Shown: positions 14,401-21,520 of the stretch, in pieces
Position numbering within the stretch: position 1 is the stretch's first letter
Layout of the letters: each line of letters opens with the position of its first letter
Virus record (IMG/VR): IMGVR_UViG_3300022752_000050
Direction: 5' to 3' (one strand)
From: an uncultured virus (IMG/VR IMGVR_UViG_3300022752_000050)
Lineage: Duplodnaviria > Heunggongvirae > Uroviricota > Caudoviricetes
DNA length: 64,000 nucleotides
Notes under the pieces: model-generated
The model's input: only the letters and a program-made list of their open reading frames with translations
Database searches by the model: none
Told to the model about the DNA's origin: nothing
Made by a program: the position numbers and the translations under genes

Positions 14401-15203
14401 TATGCCTTTGCAATATTTTCAAATTCATCTTGATATAATGTTTTGTTAATTAAATCAAAAGGATCGCCAGAAACAGATTCGACAATAATATCTTTTGTTT
14501 TCCTATAGTTTGCATTAGATGGCGAAATAACATAATCTTTAGGTTTAATAATTGTTACATCTTCTCCATAGAGAGACTTAAATAAGATTTTAAAGGATAC
14601 ATCTGTTCCTCTTGTGGTGTAAAAATCTTTTGAGTGTTTTATAAATTCAGATTCATTTAGATCTGGAAGCAGTTGTCTGTCTTTAAATCCAGGTAAAATT
14701 TGATATTTAATTTTGTTTAAAAACTTTTCTAAGAATAAAACACTTAGATTTTCTACCTTATTTCCAGAAGAATGAGAATCTGCAATAGATGTGGAAAATA
14801 CTAAATCTTCAGGATTATCCGGATTCCTAAAAGATGTAATCCCACTAAATCCTCTAATGCAATTAACAAAAGATACTTTAGTTTTTGATTCATATGTGAT
14901 AATTTCATTATCAATCTTTATGAGACCATAATTTTCTGGAAATCCGTCCGTATTACTAACATCAATTGTTGCATCGATGCTGTCTATGTCAGAAGAAAGA
15001 GTAGTTGATGGTATTGTTTCTGAACAATTGTTTAATTGTACGTATCTGTCAATGTTCTGAAGTAAATCAAGAGGAGCTCCCTGAAACTCCTGCCCAAGAT
15101 AATAACTTTTTAAAAAATCTCCAATTAATGGAAAATCTTCCTGAACATAAAGTGGTAGTTGATTCGTAACAATTTTATTAAACTGAACTCTTTTTTCTGT
15201 CAT
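2484..15203 (-). CDS. Giant baseplate wedge initiator (gp7-like) structural protein, 4239 aa
   Basis: Lies between gp6 and gp8; N-terminal QLPLYVQEDFP..FLKSYY and KDFYTTRGT..SFKILF; internal HSPIIGWAYDGNPIYGPYG...NGRFCVTPDYPNG (YHYH-like) segment; YYQNFSYAIKS. Confidence 0.75.
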   Translation of the reverse strand: MTEKRVQFNKIVTNQLPLYVQEDFPLIGDFLKSYYLGQEFQGAPLDLLQNIDRYVQLNNCSETIPSTTLSSDIDSIDATIDVSNTDGFPENYGLIKIDNEIITYESKTKVSFVNCIRGFSGITSFRNPDNPEDLVFSTSIADSHSSGNKVENLSVLFLEKFLNKIKYQILPGFKDRQLLPDLNESEFIKHSKDFYTTRGTDVSFKILFKSLYGEDVTIIKPKDYVISPSNANYRKTKDIIVESVSGDPFDLINKTLYQDEFENIAKAYSSVSNVENVSVGILTDKYYKVSLDGSFINKQGSNIELLYDNFSVHAKTKVIGNVGIGQTFIDVDSTLGFPSSGSITFAYNDSSIGVVTYSDKTYNQFINVSGVEKNILDKTSIDQNTFAYASGAGTTDGIRIRIRSVLNELVIPNNCGQKTGSRIKIISLGKIGNNAKQNNWIFNTSQSYYVNNISLIDTENNVYRVETKDKNILRIGDKIKITSLSGETLNENFDVTNIFNQNTLVIRGTENLNLNNVHSIRRVLSKVSSDFYPYLNKYSSNVQNTYIDGEKVLVSSSSLPSVSNLKLNPKLNKIFFSGKYFIGESVFKITTNIDHNFFTGDAVYYTPEKDSQGNVISYLFEEGLYFVKRIDENNVKFAKSRSNIFKELFVSITTETKTITNNCIEKYDFASKIIETPKILREISPPINDGKLYKTKSGFTGILVNGVEILNYKSQDKVYYGQINSIDVISGGKDYDVINPPSLNISDPIGFGATGFFGVTGSFQEILIKDPGFDYIEVPKIKISGGNGTGALAEAKLKVIPYEVIFDASSPSEVGIGSDVSTIGFTTYHKFRNAERVVYKTFGSPSVVGLNTNSVYYISVIDDHTIKLHGSFDGAVVGIETVSLVDYGSGRHAISSLNGKAVLNNINIINSGSGYQNKTLTCGPTGINTSLNIITISNHGYKTGEIIKYISDGQAISGINTTDEYYVTTVDKDSFRLSIVGVGTTNNDFYFKTKQFLELKTSGIGTHIFNYPDIKVEIIGKTGISSIGENTFEAQIYPIVRGEITSVHLSKNGVGYGSSDIINFERYPDINTNLGSSAQLHPIVHEGKIVDVTISNRGSNYNSIPKLTVIGEGNSANLIPILSDGMIISVKIDDAGIGYGASTTSIKVEPFGVGANFKINLQSWQINQFVKNYTNITEDDVFVANSFNSDYGLQCSHVYAPRSLRSSLYSTDQFGNLIYGKFDIMKVNNVESNSINHSPIIGWAYDGNPIYGPYGYSNSSGGSIVQLKSGYSLDLKPNRPPLGSFPKEFFVEDFTWFNSTDESYLDENNGRFCVTPDYPNGVYAYFATFEQTASSDEIFKNYKKPLFPYLIGENYKSKPIDFNFKRNSNQDGIDLNQTNWIRNTYPYQLNQKNSTYEYISESYKYTSQDSIIKYTKKGKIDSVGIITGGKNYKVNDRIIFEADPVTGFSANAKVYKVLGVGINTISVESIILSEVEFYPWNFFGNSKGFIGITKTKNNLKNGDAIVLSGLTTSSSLSEGSYRIGITTSELKLTKQLDSSTVTGIVTYIDVSCFSSDFEFPNLKINDTLTLYGEFGYYPTNRQLSPQVGIAITSKALPQNATRTKDSEIYNWCWDHYDAFDVDGDGIVSENDATILLRYYFGSFSGDNLIYKIDFPNNATRNTSKSIRSFIGLHTMGGTAYHDVDGNGSIDPLGDMLMVARVFGSNDFKNPDDDGPAQRNNAFFGEEVKVLNIDKKSSRIRVLRSVNNTQSYRFAPGSVIKNNPRIFKLNVGVKTNFDGQINTEYYFDPKESIGIGSDISVGVGVTLQISNPGSGKTQIFVPTRAVYLPNHNLVTGDEVIYYTNSGDSIAISTVGGGTSSIISNYSSLFVAKLSNDFIGLSTVKVGLGTTGTFVGASASTSHQGLLYFVGLGTGTYHSFKTLYPNVITGTVQKSIVKVSTASSHNLNDFDTVDIEVNPSISTSFIVKYNSSSKKLVLNELSFTSESVDILNNSIYIENHKLTSGQKVIHVSDYPSGGLKNEFEYYAYVVDRNTIKFANSKYESTQKNPSFINITSPSSGTLLPVNPPIKVYKNGIVDFDLSDESLSYTRSGLKYPAFKLNFYKDQNFVEQYQTSGKNVEFDVIHNGVVGVSSDARVSLKINENTPKLLYYKLIPLDTAENSDINKQISIDDSIDFNNQIIVEDSVYNGKFSILTPSQNTFTYTLNSYPESELYSSSQSFINYSTTSLSAQGSIKSVILNDKGEGYTKIPSVVSIASSNGTEARLEVISNSIGKIKKTSIENIGFDYPSDTTLKPSVKVPQILQIELLTGLDFVGISSFGKFYLVPPKLVVIDSVTDEVISDIDIRIVDTNWQRVSDSIDNPLDQSSVKIISNTFSLSNQIPKIIPIQNSNGIGISSLSYNSNNGEVTATLKNSYSINEEFPIVSGDKVLVEGASVGVGSTGIGYNSENYNYQLFKVTGVHQNLGGVGVVTYKLSDYLTPGQYPGNFDPGNSSVVLVPERFFPTFKIILKSQDFKKLDIVTDGNASGKVFEYDVVNKYLIVEGIEDFQVNKIISSKETGARGRIKKVLSFDSNYNLDYYSIVNNGWEYTTGVLNDSSQRLHDNEYYQNFSYAIKSKVYFDKWNDAVSSLTHTAGFRKFSDLQIESISPTSLSPDVIPSLTATISINSEYDLNCVSDFDLAYENYLTDEKTAFSDEINFYSLILTDYGENISNRVLRIDDISSEFNSSGRTTPYGVVKSINFNTSKNRFHKYFTYVRDRLFTGERQISILNILNDPIRGVGMINQYGTLDSQNSLGYFDYDVDTGSNTGFVKFYPVKYRFNNYNISYISYNIDEVLTDSETQSSFRNIGVSTNLSGPIVSIAASNVFVNAGIAETILRLPKVGIITSGVRSAKILTVVESNESRSVSEYNEINIVHDGTELHSIEFGQLSLHTLTDGFSSSGIGTFYPYLSGSDIVVDYTLKASSGITTAKVSSIVIGISSEKYTFDNTGVGATVYMPYGLVAAREKLLVTSATGEQTVVSIPNEYDAAYFVVQVSDVTNVKYQISEIVVLWDSSDAYITEFGVVSTSGQSLGDFGARLSGSNLELTFTKTGSYEARIKSLVNFLKLEENTSGSTPIELISSRIENSISFYTGTEIDVKKDFNLTYKGYPIFKRVFDGSDPSVVDLQNNTVFIPNHFFVGGEEVSYYPKTGIGTNNVGIATTTIAGIGTTDKLPSSVFIIKVNESKIKFAASAQNALKEIPVSLDLTSVGIGTSHSIVSKNQNQKVLISIDNLVQSPIVLTSIASSLSNSALRTQDLIYLTGITSFFSGNYIKVDNEIMKIVGVGIGSTNAIQVSRAEMGTVLAGHDTGSRVVQISGNYNIVENIINFADPPPGRTPIGSITDPVPFRDWEGITTSASFSGRMFMHSGAVNGTEEAYAKNYVFDDISQNFTASRNTYTLQSGGSNVVGVATNNAFILINGIVQGKGLNYDYTLSETSGITSITFTGSTSTQSSDPNSLNIPTGGVIVSVGSTMGFGYQPLVSAGGTAIVSIAGTISSVSIGNSGSGYRVGVQTVRVAVSSSTTGIPNLQFIGTAVVSNGHIVSIAVTNSVSGFSQSNPPYVIIDDPLPYSNIPLIYSQESLGSGGVQAKVDITVGQGSSVVAFTLRDSGYGYGVNHILTVPIGGLTGIPTTSVANFREFQLSIQEVETDRFSAWSVGELEVLDNFSNLFNGSRKAFPITRSGSPVSIQSKYGSLVKVEDVVIIFINDILQVPGLSYKFRGGSTITFREAPKPDDRMKFFFYKGTSGIDILPKEVTDPVQIGDGITLNFERSLGQKSLFQQNERIITKINSSSSVDTNAYYGPGLSEDSELLRSATICRQTEDLIVENKLITKDREIYEPSVYPVSYIIQPLGIGSTSVYVDSIRPFFFPQNESSNLEHQNKITINSQKTQVGAAATAVVSIAGTISNIVISDGGVGYTTCQVTIENPIGIGTTRATAIPVISVGGTISTIQIENAGIGYTNTNPPVVLISPPTTSRETIGVTTYYGDSGIIVGIAFTVGFNLTVGVGSTVPIDKMVLDLFIPTDSHLRSSTVTGTAVTVSGITTGDFFVINKSNIGVYQKQRYCYGIDNSVVGISTSFLDGIYQVRESSVIQSSVTGIGVTYINRVVVNVTGAGTKNFTSIDSTFDSLLTTFDYSISDLTNNDIQIYNILPYYGNFTWGKLVFSPRVGVNTFVSYAKYGLSGINTSDYLQRTNRLKFKNYTG

Positions 15204-15208
15204 TTTTC

Positions 15209-17143
15209 TTATCTTACAATATTGCCGCTGGTATAACTTGAGCTAACTTTGTAATTTGATCCGGATGGATCAAGACCGGAACTTATTTCATCAATAATAA
15301 CTTCGACTTCACTAATATCTAATTGTAGATATAAATCCTGAAGTCCGATAACATCATTAGAAGAAGGTATTCCAGAAATTTCCAAAATTTGTTGATTGTT
15401 TTTAGTTTTTCCAGATGTTATATTAATTGGATTTAAAGTAATTCGTCCTTTGATGTAATCAATTTTTCCAACGTTTTTTCTACGAACTACTGGTGTCGAT
15501 GATTGTGAAGATGATAAAGAAAAAAGAGAAATGTTTCCTGTTTTTTTGTCTGAATTTGGCACATCAAATAAGTAAACATCTTCAGAAATATCAAGAACTC
15601 TAAATGCACTTGATTTGATATTATACCCTTCCATTGAGTTAATATGGAATTCGTTTCCAAAATCAATGGCATATTCTGCAAATGTGTTAACTGCTAATCC
15701 CAAGTCTCTTCTCATTTGAATTGTTGTTATATTTGATGTCACAGATTCATGACTTTGATCAATAAGTTTCAGAAATTTACTGTACTTAAATCGAGCACCA
15801 TATCTATTTAACTCAGTAGATTCTTTGTACTTATTAATTGTTGACTGTACAAGAGAAGCAACAAAAGAGGTACTTGGTGCTAAATTTGTATTGTAGTAAA
15901 CCTTACTATTAGTCTCAAGATACAAATATTTTAAATCTAAAATTTCTGGTACAATACCTGCAACCGCATATTTTTTAAGATCTCTTTTGATATTTTCTTT
16001 GATTGCGTTGGGAACAAAATCTCCAGTTCTAGGTTTTATTGTTATGAATACTTTTCCATATTGTGGTGGAATCAGTTCCTCTCCACCAAATACTGATACT
16101 GATTCTGCTTCTGTATAAATTTTGTTTGGTATTAATACTTCATAGTCAGATGCCGTTAATGCTCTATTTTGTGTTTGATATTTTAACGGAGCATATTTAC
16201 GAATCGAATCAACACTCTCTATTTGCTCTCCTCCTGTTGAGGGATTTTCTAAAGTTAATAAAGAGATTCCTGAAGTAACGGTATAATCTACAGAATTTCT
16301 ATTATAGAGTAATCTGCCACTAAAAGTTAAATTACTAACACCATTTGCAGAGTCTCCTGAAGTTACGATATATGAAACCTCAATAACGTTTCCATCCTCA
16401 AGTGCTTTTCCAAAAACACCATCACCAAAAACAATTTCATATTGCTCATCTTCTATTTCTTGAACAAAATATACTGTGGAATTTTCATCAATTGTATATC
16501 CACTTCTTTCATTAAATAAATTATCTTGTTTGCTATACTTAACACCAACAGATGATGACGAATTTTTCTTAACTGCAACTCTTAAAGTATCTAAGTCTAT
16601 ACCAGAGTTATCTAAAATAAATTGTTGACGAAGATTTGTGGATGAATATGTAAACGATCTTTCGACTAATGTTCCTTCAAAAATTTCCAAAGAATTAAAA
16701 TTTGCTAAATTGTCTATGATTGTAACTGTTTTATCTTCAGGAATACAAAAAACATATGACTGACTGTTAAATTGACTTGCTGAAGATGCAACTGGACCTT
16801 TCTTTAAGATTAAAGATGAAGGAGTTGGAGAAATATTTGTTGTATCTACAAAGAAATTGATTTTTGTTCTTGATGATTTTTTAGATCTTGGAGTATATCC
16901 AATGTTTTTTGCGAGAGAAACGACATTTTCTCTTAAAGTCGCACTATCGAGAAAAACTTCATTGGATATCATATTTGCATTGTATGATGCAATATATGTG
17001 TTATATGCTAAGACATCAAGTATTGTTGACAGATTAGATCCATCAAAATCGTAATCTGTGAAATTTGGATTTGATCTTAGATAATCTCTAAGTGTTTGTT
17101 TTATTTGGTCAAAGTCTAGACCAGTGAAATTTTGAAGTGGCAT
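15209..17143 (-). CDS. gp6: Baseplate wedge subunit gp6
   Basis: LDFDQIK..L..YL, FTDYDFDGS.LS.ILD.LAYNTY, FLDSATLRENVVSLAK.IGY, QNRALTASDY. Confidence 0.93.
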   Translation of the reverse strand: MPLQNFTGLDFDQIKQTLRDYLRSNPNFTDYDFDGSNLSTILDVLAYNTYIASYNANMISNEVFLDSATLRENVVSLAKNIGYTPRSKKSSRTKINFFVDTTNISPTPSSLILKKGPVASSASQFNSQSYVFCIPEDKTVTIIDNLANFNSLEIFEGTLVERSFTYSSTNLRQQFILDNSGIDLDTLRVAVKKNSSSSVGVKYSKQDNLFNERSGYTIDENSTVYFVQEIEDEQYEIVFGDGVFGKALEDGNVIEVSYIVTSGDSANGVSNLTFSGRLLYNRNSVDYTVTSGISLLTLENPSTGGEQIESVDSIRKYAPLKYQTQNRALTASDYEVLIPNKIYTEAESVSVFGGEELIPPQYGKVFITIKPRTGDFVPNAIKENIKRDLKKYAVAGIVPEILDLKYLYLETNSKVYYNTNLAPSTSFVASLVQSTINKYKESTELNRYGARFKYSKFLKLIDQSHESVTSNITTIQMRRDLGLAVNTFAEYAIDFGNEFHINSMEGYNIKSSAFRVLDISEDVYLFDVPNSDKKTGNISLFSLSSSQSSTPVVRRKNVGKIDYIKGRITLNPINITSGKTKNNQQILEISGIPSSNDVIGLQDLYLQLDISEVEVIIDEISSGLDPSGSNYKVSSSYTSGNIVR

Positions 17144-17149
17144 TTATTT

Positions 17150-17551
17150 TTATCTGGTGGGTAATAAAACAAACTCCAATTGTTGATCTGAAATATCAAT
17201 TCCAATGATTCTATAAATGATTGTTACATCAAAACTATTTTCGTCATAGTTTGGAACAACAGAAACTTCCCTTAAAGAAACTCTTGGTTCATATGAAATG
17301 ATAGAGTTTTCTATCTCATTTTGTATTTCTATGGATGTAATTTCATCAATATTTTCAAAAAGAAGTTTTGAGACTCTTGATCCGAAATTTTGATTAAAAA
17401 ATTTCTCTCCAGGATTCGTAAATACAATATTACGAATAGAACGAGCAATTGCAACTTCATTTTTAAGTGCAATCAAATCATCATTTAAAGGGTTAGCCTT
17501 AAATGACATGCTAATGTCTTTAAAACTTTTGCTAACCCTTTCTAATGGCAT
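17150..17551 (-). CDS. gp25: Baseplate wedge subunit gp25
   Basis: AIARSIRNIVFTNPGEKFF...FGS...LLFE...YEPRV; adjacent to gp6. Confidence 0.92.
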   Translation of the reverse strand: MPLERVSKSFKDISMSFKANPLNDDLIALKNEVAIARSIRNIVFTNPGEKFFNQNFGSRVSKLLFENIDEITSIEIQNEIENSIISYEPRVSLREVSVVPNYDENSFDVTIIYRIIGIDISDQQLEFVLLPTR

Positions 17552-17573
17552 CGAAAAAATACAAATTCTAACT

Positions 17574-17581
17574 TATTTATG
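17574..17581 (-). promoter_or_regulatory. T4-type late promoter CATAAATA
   Basis: 23 nt upstream of gp25. Confidence 0.6.
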
Positions 17582-17591
17582 AGAAATTTTG

Positions 17592-17843
17592 TCAAAATTC
17601 TGACAATGGAATTGGTTCAGTTCCATACTCCCAGTCATCATAATCATTATCATTGCGAATTTTCTCATGAATTTCTTTTTGAACAACAAAATTGTGTTTT
17701 TTTGGTGTCAAATCATCATTTGAGATCTCACGAAGCATCTTTTGCTTCTCAATTTTTGTTTCCCAACCATATTCTGATGATAGAAATTGAGTTCCCCATT
17801 CATCTTTCATAAAATTTTCATCTTTATCAACTTGTTTGGTCAT
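17592..17843 (-). CDS. Hypothetical acidic protein
   Basis: 83-aa ORF with AGGAG upstream. Confidence 0.65.
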   Translation of the reverse strand: MTKQVDKDENFMKDEWGTQFLSSEYGWETKIEKQKMLREISNDDLTPKKHNFVVQKEIHEKIRNDNDYDDWEYGTEPIPLSEF

Positions 17844-18348
17844 TTGTTAGCTCCTGATTTGTTAAATCAGAACTTTTTACGGGGTTGCTATCCCGTTCTT
17901 TAATAATATCATAGTCATCTTCAAGAATTTCTTTTAGATATTCCCTGTCCCACAAGTCATAATATGATGTTTTTGCTAAACTTTCACGAAATTTTCTTAA
18001 TTTTTTTGTCGGTTGCCCTAAAATAAGATTATACTTTCCATTATTTGTCTGAATTCCATTGATAAAGGTGTCATAGCAACCACAATCCTCAAAAAACTTC
18101 CAATCTTTGTGTTTTGAGTTATAATAATTCACCCAAAAGTTAACGGTATCTAAGTCAAAGTGGTCTTCAACAATGTAAATAATGACTTGATAATCATCAA
18201 GAGGGCAAATATCTTCTGCAGAGCACTCTATGATCTTAAATTTTGCATTTGCAGCAAAAGGACATATGGAAAAACCATTTAATTCTGGTCTAACTTCAGA
18301 TACTTTACGAATCCATTGAAGAATATAAAGTTCTTTTTCTGAGAACAT
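17827..18348 (-). CDS. Hypothetical protein with CPFA motif
   Basis: 173-aa ORF, co-oriented. Confidence 0.65.
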   Translation of the reverse strand: MFSEKELYILQWIRKVSEVRPELNGFSICPFAANAKFKIIECSAEDICPLDDYQVIIYIVEDHFDLDTVNFWVNYYNSKHKDWKFFEDCGCYDTFINGIQTNNGKYNLILGQPTKKLRKFRESLAKTSYYDLWDREYLKEILEDDYDIIKERDSNPVKSSDLTNQELTNDQTS

Positions 18349-18382
18349 AAAAAAAAGAGTGCTTAGTTCTATTTAAGCACTC
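18349..18382 (-). terminator. Rho-independent terminator
   Basis: GAGTGCTTA-loop-TAAGCACTC followed by a T run on the minus strand. Confidence 0.75.
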
Positions 18383-18389
18383 ATTAATT

Positions 18390-18530
18390 TTATTTTCCTT
18401 GTCCTCGATATTTCTTTTTACGTCCATTACGAGACGTTGCACTCAGTAATGTGCGAGATGAACGCCCCTGACGAGTCTTCTTTGGTTCTCCAGACTGAAA
18501 CGTTGATTTATTACCTCCACCTTTTGACAT
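18390..18530 (-). CDS. Small Arg/Lys-rich protein, 46 aa (not in ORF track)
   Basis: MSKGGGNK...KKTRQGRSSRTLLSATSRNGRKKKYRGQGK; GGAGG RBS upstream. Confidence 0.7.
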   Translation of the reverse strand: MSKGGGNKSTFQSGEPKKTRQGRSSRTLLSATSRNGRKKKYRGQGK

Positions 18531-18543
18531 AAATTACCTCCAA

Positions 18544-19314
18544 TCAAATAATACGAGTCTTTTCATGTCCCACACGAATCCGAGGATCACACCAGATCTC
18601 AAATCCTGCTTCTTTTGCATCAAGACAGAATGAGACATCCTCACCACACATGTCCTGAACATTACCAGACTCAAAGACTTGCATCTTCGGAGCAAACCAA
18701 GGATATTCGAGATTCTCAAACACACCCTTTTTAATCAGAACCCATCCAAAACCAGTGTAGTCTACTGTGAAAGGCTTCTTTCTTTTTGCCATTGTTTCGA
18801 CAGTTTCGTGATTCATCACTCCACCATTCTTACGGAAATCATCCTCTTCCAACCAGTGTGCGACAGAAGTTGTGTGACCATCTTCAGTTGCATACCATCC
18901 AGCAGTGATTTCCTTTTCATCTCCCTCAACAGGAAGAGCTAGATCACAGAGTTGCCAGAACTTGGTTGTATCAAATACAATGTCACTATCAATCCAAAGT
19001 TGATAATCATACTCAAGTTTTCCATCCCAAGGAATTTGTTTTGGTCCACGAAGTACATTTGCTCCCAAACATTTACAGCGAGCAAAATTTACCATCGATG
19101 AGTAGTCTTGAGAGATCTGAATTGCCATTCCATTTTGTACAAGATCAAAACAGAGTTGTACAAAATTCTTCAGAAAAATATAAGAGCAACCTCTGCCAGG
19201 CAAACAAAAGACAATCGATTTCCCTCTCATTCTTTGTTTGACTGCATCAATATCCCAAGTCTGCTCTTGAGACTTCTGAGGCGCAACTGTTTTTACTGTA
19301 AATCCTTTAGCCAT
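18544..19314 (-). CDS. GT-A fold glycosyltransferase-like protein
   Basis: WIDSD (DxD), TGFGWVLIKKGVF, GEDVSFC, GHEK motifs. Confidence 0.7.
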   Translation of the reverse strand: MAKGFTVKTVAPQKSQEQTWDIDAVKQRMRGKSIVFCLPGRGCSYIFLKNFVQLCFDLVQNGMAIQISQDYSSMVNFARCKCLGANVLRGPKQIPWDGKLEYDYQLWIDSDIVFDTTKFWQLCDLALPVEGDEKEITAGWYATEDGHTTSVAHWLEEDDFRKNGGVMNHETVETMAKRKKPFTVDYTGFGWVLIKKGVFENLEYPWFAPKMQVFESGNVQDMCGEDVSFCLDAKEAGFEIWCDPRIRVGHEKTRII

Positions 19315-19338
19315 AAGATTTTATCTGTTTCAATATCA

Positions 19339-19367
19339 AGTTTATCTGATTATTTAAAAATTGTCAA
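19339..19367 (-). promoter_or_regulatory. sigma70-type promoter
   Basis: TTGACA-17 nt-TAAACT upstream of the glycosyltransferase-like gene. Confidence 0.65.
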
Positions 19368-19555
19368 TACGAAGAATTTTTGATAATTTCTTTATTGACG
19401 ACCACTTCTTCATAAGATAGATCATCTGCTTGATAATCTGTCTTAAGCAATCCTACGAGATGATGAAAAGTATTCCACATAATTTTAAAATCTTCTTCCT
19501 TTACCGAATGTATCAGACACTTATCTTTTGCATAAATGTGATAGACTTTTTCCAT
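19364..19555 (-). CDS. Hypothetical protein
   Basis: 63-aa ORF. Confidence 0.6.
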   Translation of the reverse strand: MEKVYHIYAKDKCLIHSVKEEDFKIMWNTFHHLVGLLKTDYQADDLSYEEVVVNKEIIKNSSY

Positions 19556-19770
19556 GAATCTTATATGGGGTAAAATTTTTGTGAAAAATTTTTTTCACCT
19601 CAAGGTATATATGATTCTTTTTACCCCACGGATTTTTTTATGAGAGTGATATTTAGAGGTCGATTTGTCACCTCTGTAGGTTAGGGTAGTTTGGTTTTTT
19701 TATATACGACAACGCCGCGCCGCGCTATAACAAACCGCCCGCAAATCACTGCCAAACGGGATCACGCATC

Positions 19771-19812
19771 ATCATAACATAAAGGGTGCTACAGTGTCAA
19801 ACCGTAGCACCC
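19771..19812 (-). promoter_or_regulatory. sigma70-type promoter with -35 inside a stem-loop
   Basis: TTGACA-18 nt-TATGAT; GGGTGCTAC/GTAGCACCC inverted repeat brackets the -35. Confidence 0.7.
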
Positions 19813-19824
19813 CTCAGAGTATCA

Positions 19825-19950
19825 TCAATCTGCCAAATCACCCTCCTCAGTATTACTCACAGCATCAGCAGCAAGAGTATCCAGAATCTGAAGAATCTCA
19901 TTGCCGTTGTTACCTTGTGCCAGAAGAGAGATGAGAACTTGCTTGGACAT
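19825..19950 (-). CDS. Small hypothetical protein, 41 aa (not in ORF track)
   Basis: MSKQVLISLLAQGNNGNEILQILDTLAADAVSNTEEGDLAD. Confidence 0.5.
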   Translation of the reverse strand: MSKQVLISLLAQGNNGNEILQILDTLAADAVSNTEEGDLAD

Positions 19951-20284
19951 AATGAAGAAGAAAAGTGAAGTAAACTGTGTGTTTTGTTTGTGTATGGTAG
20001 GAGGTAATCTTGCGTCCCTGATGATTACTCTTTGTCGTCACGCAGATATTAAACCACGGAGAGGACTTGGGCACCTACAATATACCTTACTGTTCGACTA
20101 GCACACCATACTCATTGCGATAAAAGTGCAGGATGTCATCATAAGAAACTGTGCGCTTCTGTTTGATAACGACTGGACGATTGATGGCATCAGAGCATTG
20201 CTTACAGATCTCATCAAAGGTATAACGAGACTGAGGAATGTAACGCATGATTGTTGATAACGAAGATGTGTGAAAAAGTGTAAC

Positions 20285-20530
20285 TCAGAGGTCGAACACG
20301 TCGCTATTGATTTGGACGACATTTACAGCGGGGTCACTATAACGAACTCCATCACCAGTGACTGCATCAGAACCGATGTAATCACAGAAGGTTTCATAAT
20401 CACCACACTCTAGAGCAAGGTGATACAAACCCTCACTATTGTTGATCCAGAGAGCAACATTCCAGGTCTCATAATTCTCCCAACCATTATACTCAGTGGA
20501 GAGAACATTACGTTGGAAAGTGGTAGTCAT
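20285..20530 (-). CDS. Hypothetical phage protein
   Basis: YNGWENYETWNVALWI motif. Confidence 0.7.
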   Translation of the reverse strand: MTTTFQRNVLSTEYNGWENYETWNVALWINNSEGLYHLALECGDYETFCDYIGSDAVTGDGVRYSDPAVNVVQINSDVFDL

Positions 20531-20565
20531 TTCAGGAAAAGTGTAGAGTGAAAAGTGTAAGCGTA

Positions 20566-20853
20566 TCAGTGAGCAAAGACGCCGAGAGCATTAAACTCTG
20601 CAGGGATTTGCTTCTCTGCGATACGCTTACCGTTGACTTGCCAGGTATAACGGAATTGACCTTTTACAGTCTTGGAGACTTTACAAGTCAGGCAAACTTC
20701 GCCATCATAAAGACCACTCCAAGTGTACTTTGTGAAGTAGTGATTACAAACTCCAGGAAGGCGATAGTCAACAACTCCATTCAGTTGTTGATAGTGTTCG
20801 AGTGCAAGTGTCTCGGAGAGTTTCTTGCTTTGGAAGAGGTCGTTGATGTTCAT
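20566..20853 (-). CDS. Hypothetical protein (start corrected to ATG abutting repeat R1)
   Basis: ORF-track N-terminus DPPKCPYS is the translated repeat; protein begins MNINDLF. Confidence 0.6.
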   Translation of the reverse strand: MNINDLFQSKKLSETLALEHYQQLNGVVDYRLPGVCNHYFTKYTWSGLYDGEVCLTCKVSKTVKGQFRYTWQVNGKRIAEKQIPAEFNALGVFAH

Positions 20854-20884
20854 ACTATAGGGACACTTTGGAGGATCCAAGTTA
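20854..20884 (-). repeat. 31-bp element R1 (consensus)
   Basis: plus strand actatagggacactttggaggatccaagtta. Confidence 0.97.
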
Positions 20885-20919
20885 GTATCACCGAAGAATC
20901 ACACACTCACTGTTACTAA

Positions 20920-21093
20920 CTACCAACGATCAGGTACACTTAGGTCCTCAACGTATGCCTCACACTTCTCTGCAGGTTCCAACTTGAATAACTTCTCCCA
21001 GTCCAATTGATGCGGATCGAAATCACTCAAAACATCTAATTCCAGAGTGATCCTATAACGCTGCTTCTGTGCTGAATGATACGCAACTGACAT
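20920..21093 (-). CDS. Hypothetical protein (MSVAYHSAQK...)
   Basis: ATG at 21093 with GGAG upstream, downstream of a consensus promoter. Confidence 0.65.
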   Translation of the reverse strand: MSVAYHSAQKQRYRITLELDVLSDFDPHQLDWEKLFKLEPAEKCEAYVEDLSVPDRW

Positions 21094-21121
21094 AAGTGTG
21101 CTCCGTTGGTTTACTGACAAT

Positions 21122-21150
21122 ATTGTAAGATGCCTGAGAATTATTGTCAA
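21122..21150 (-). promoter_or_regulatory. sigma70-type promoter
   Basis: TTGACA-17 nt-TACAAT. Confidence 0.8.
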
Positions 21151-21223
21151 TAGTGTGAGTATATTTATCGGCGGTTGGGTGAATTTTTGTGCGGGATCTG
21201 TGAGGATTTGGTGATGCTGGGGG

Positions 21224-21262
21224 TTGACGTATTATGAGCGAGTGTGTTATAATGCGCTCGCT
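21224..21262 (+). promoter_or_regulatory. Divergent sigma70-type promoter with -10 in a hairpin loop
   Basis: TTGACG-18 nt-TATAAT; AGCGAG/CTCGCT stem around the -10; no sizeable ORF downstream. Confidence 0.65.
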
Positions 21263-21339
21263 AAGATCACAAGACTTGAGCACATTTATCAGGACATAAA
21301 TGCAAGGTCTCAGATACATTAAAAGACTCATAAATTATC

Positions 21340-21520
21340 AACAAAATGATACTCTTCTCAATACATCTGCTTATTGATTATCATTAAGAGACACTATTGA
21401 TTCTCAATAAATGTTACTTTATTGAGAATTGATTACAACGCTACATTATATTTTTTAATACATTTTTAATCGTTTTTTATCATTTTTTAACGTTATTTTG
21501 TCTAAAAAGCATAAAAAAAA
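21340..21520. other. Candidate replication origin (iterated TTCTCAATA/TATTGAGAA motifs plus AT-rich tract)
   Basis: Repeated and inverted motifs at about 21355-21430, then T/A runs at 21445-21520; non-coding. Confidence 0.4.

Noticed and set aside
20864..20882. attC-like hairpin ACTTGGA-TCC-TCCAAAGT within the element
   Set aside because: Short, and substitutions at one stem position are not compensated in variant copies, so structure conservation is unsupported.
20854..20884. T7/SP6-like promoter (CTATAGGG on plus, GTGTCCCTATAG on minus)
   Set aside because: Variant copies change TATAG to TATGA, TATAA and TACTA, which fits a sigma70 -10 better, and no single-subunit polymerase is in the window. 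Not fully excluded.
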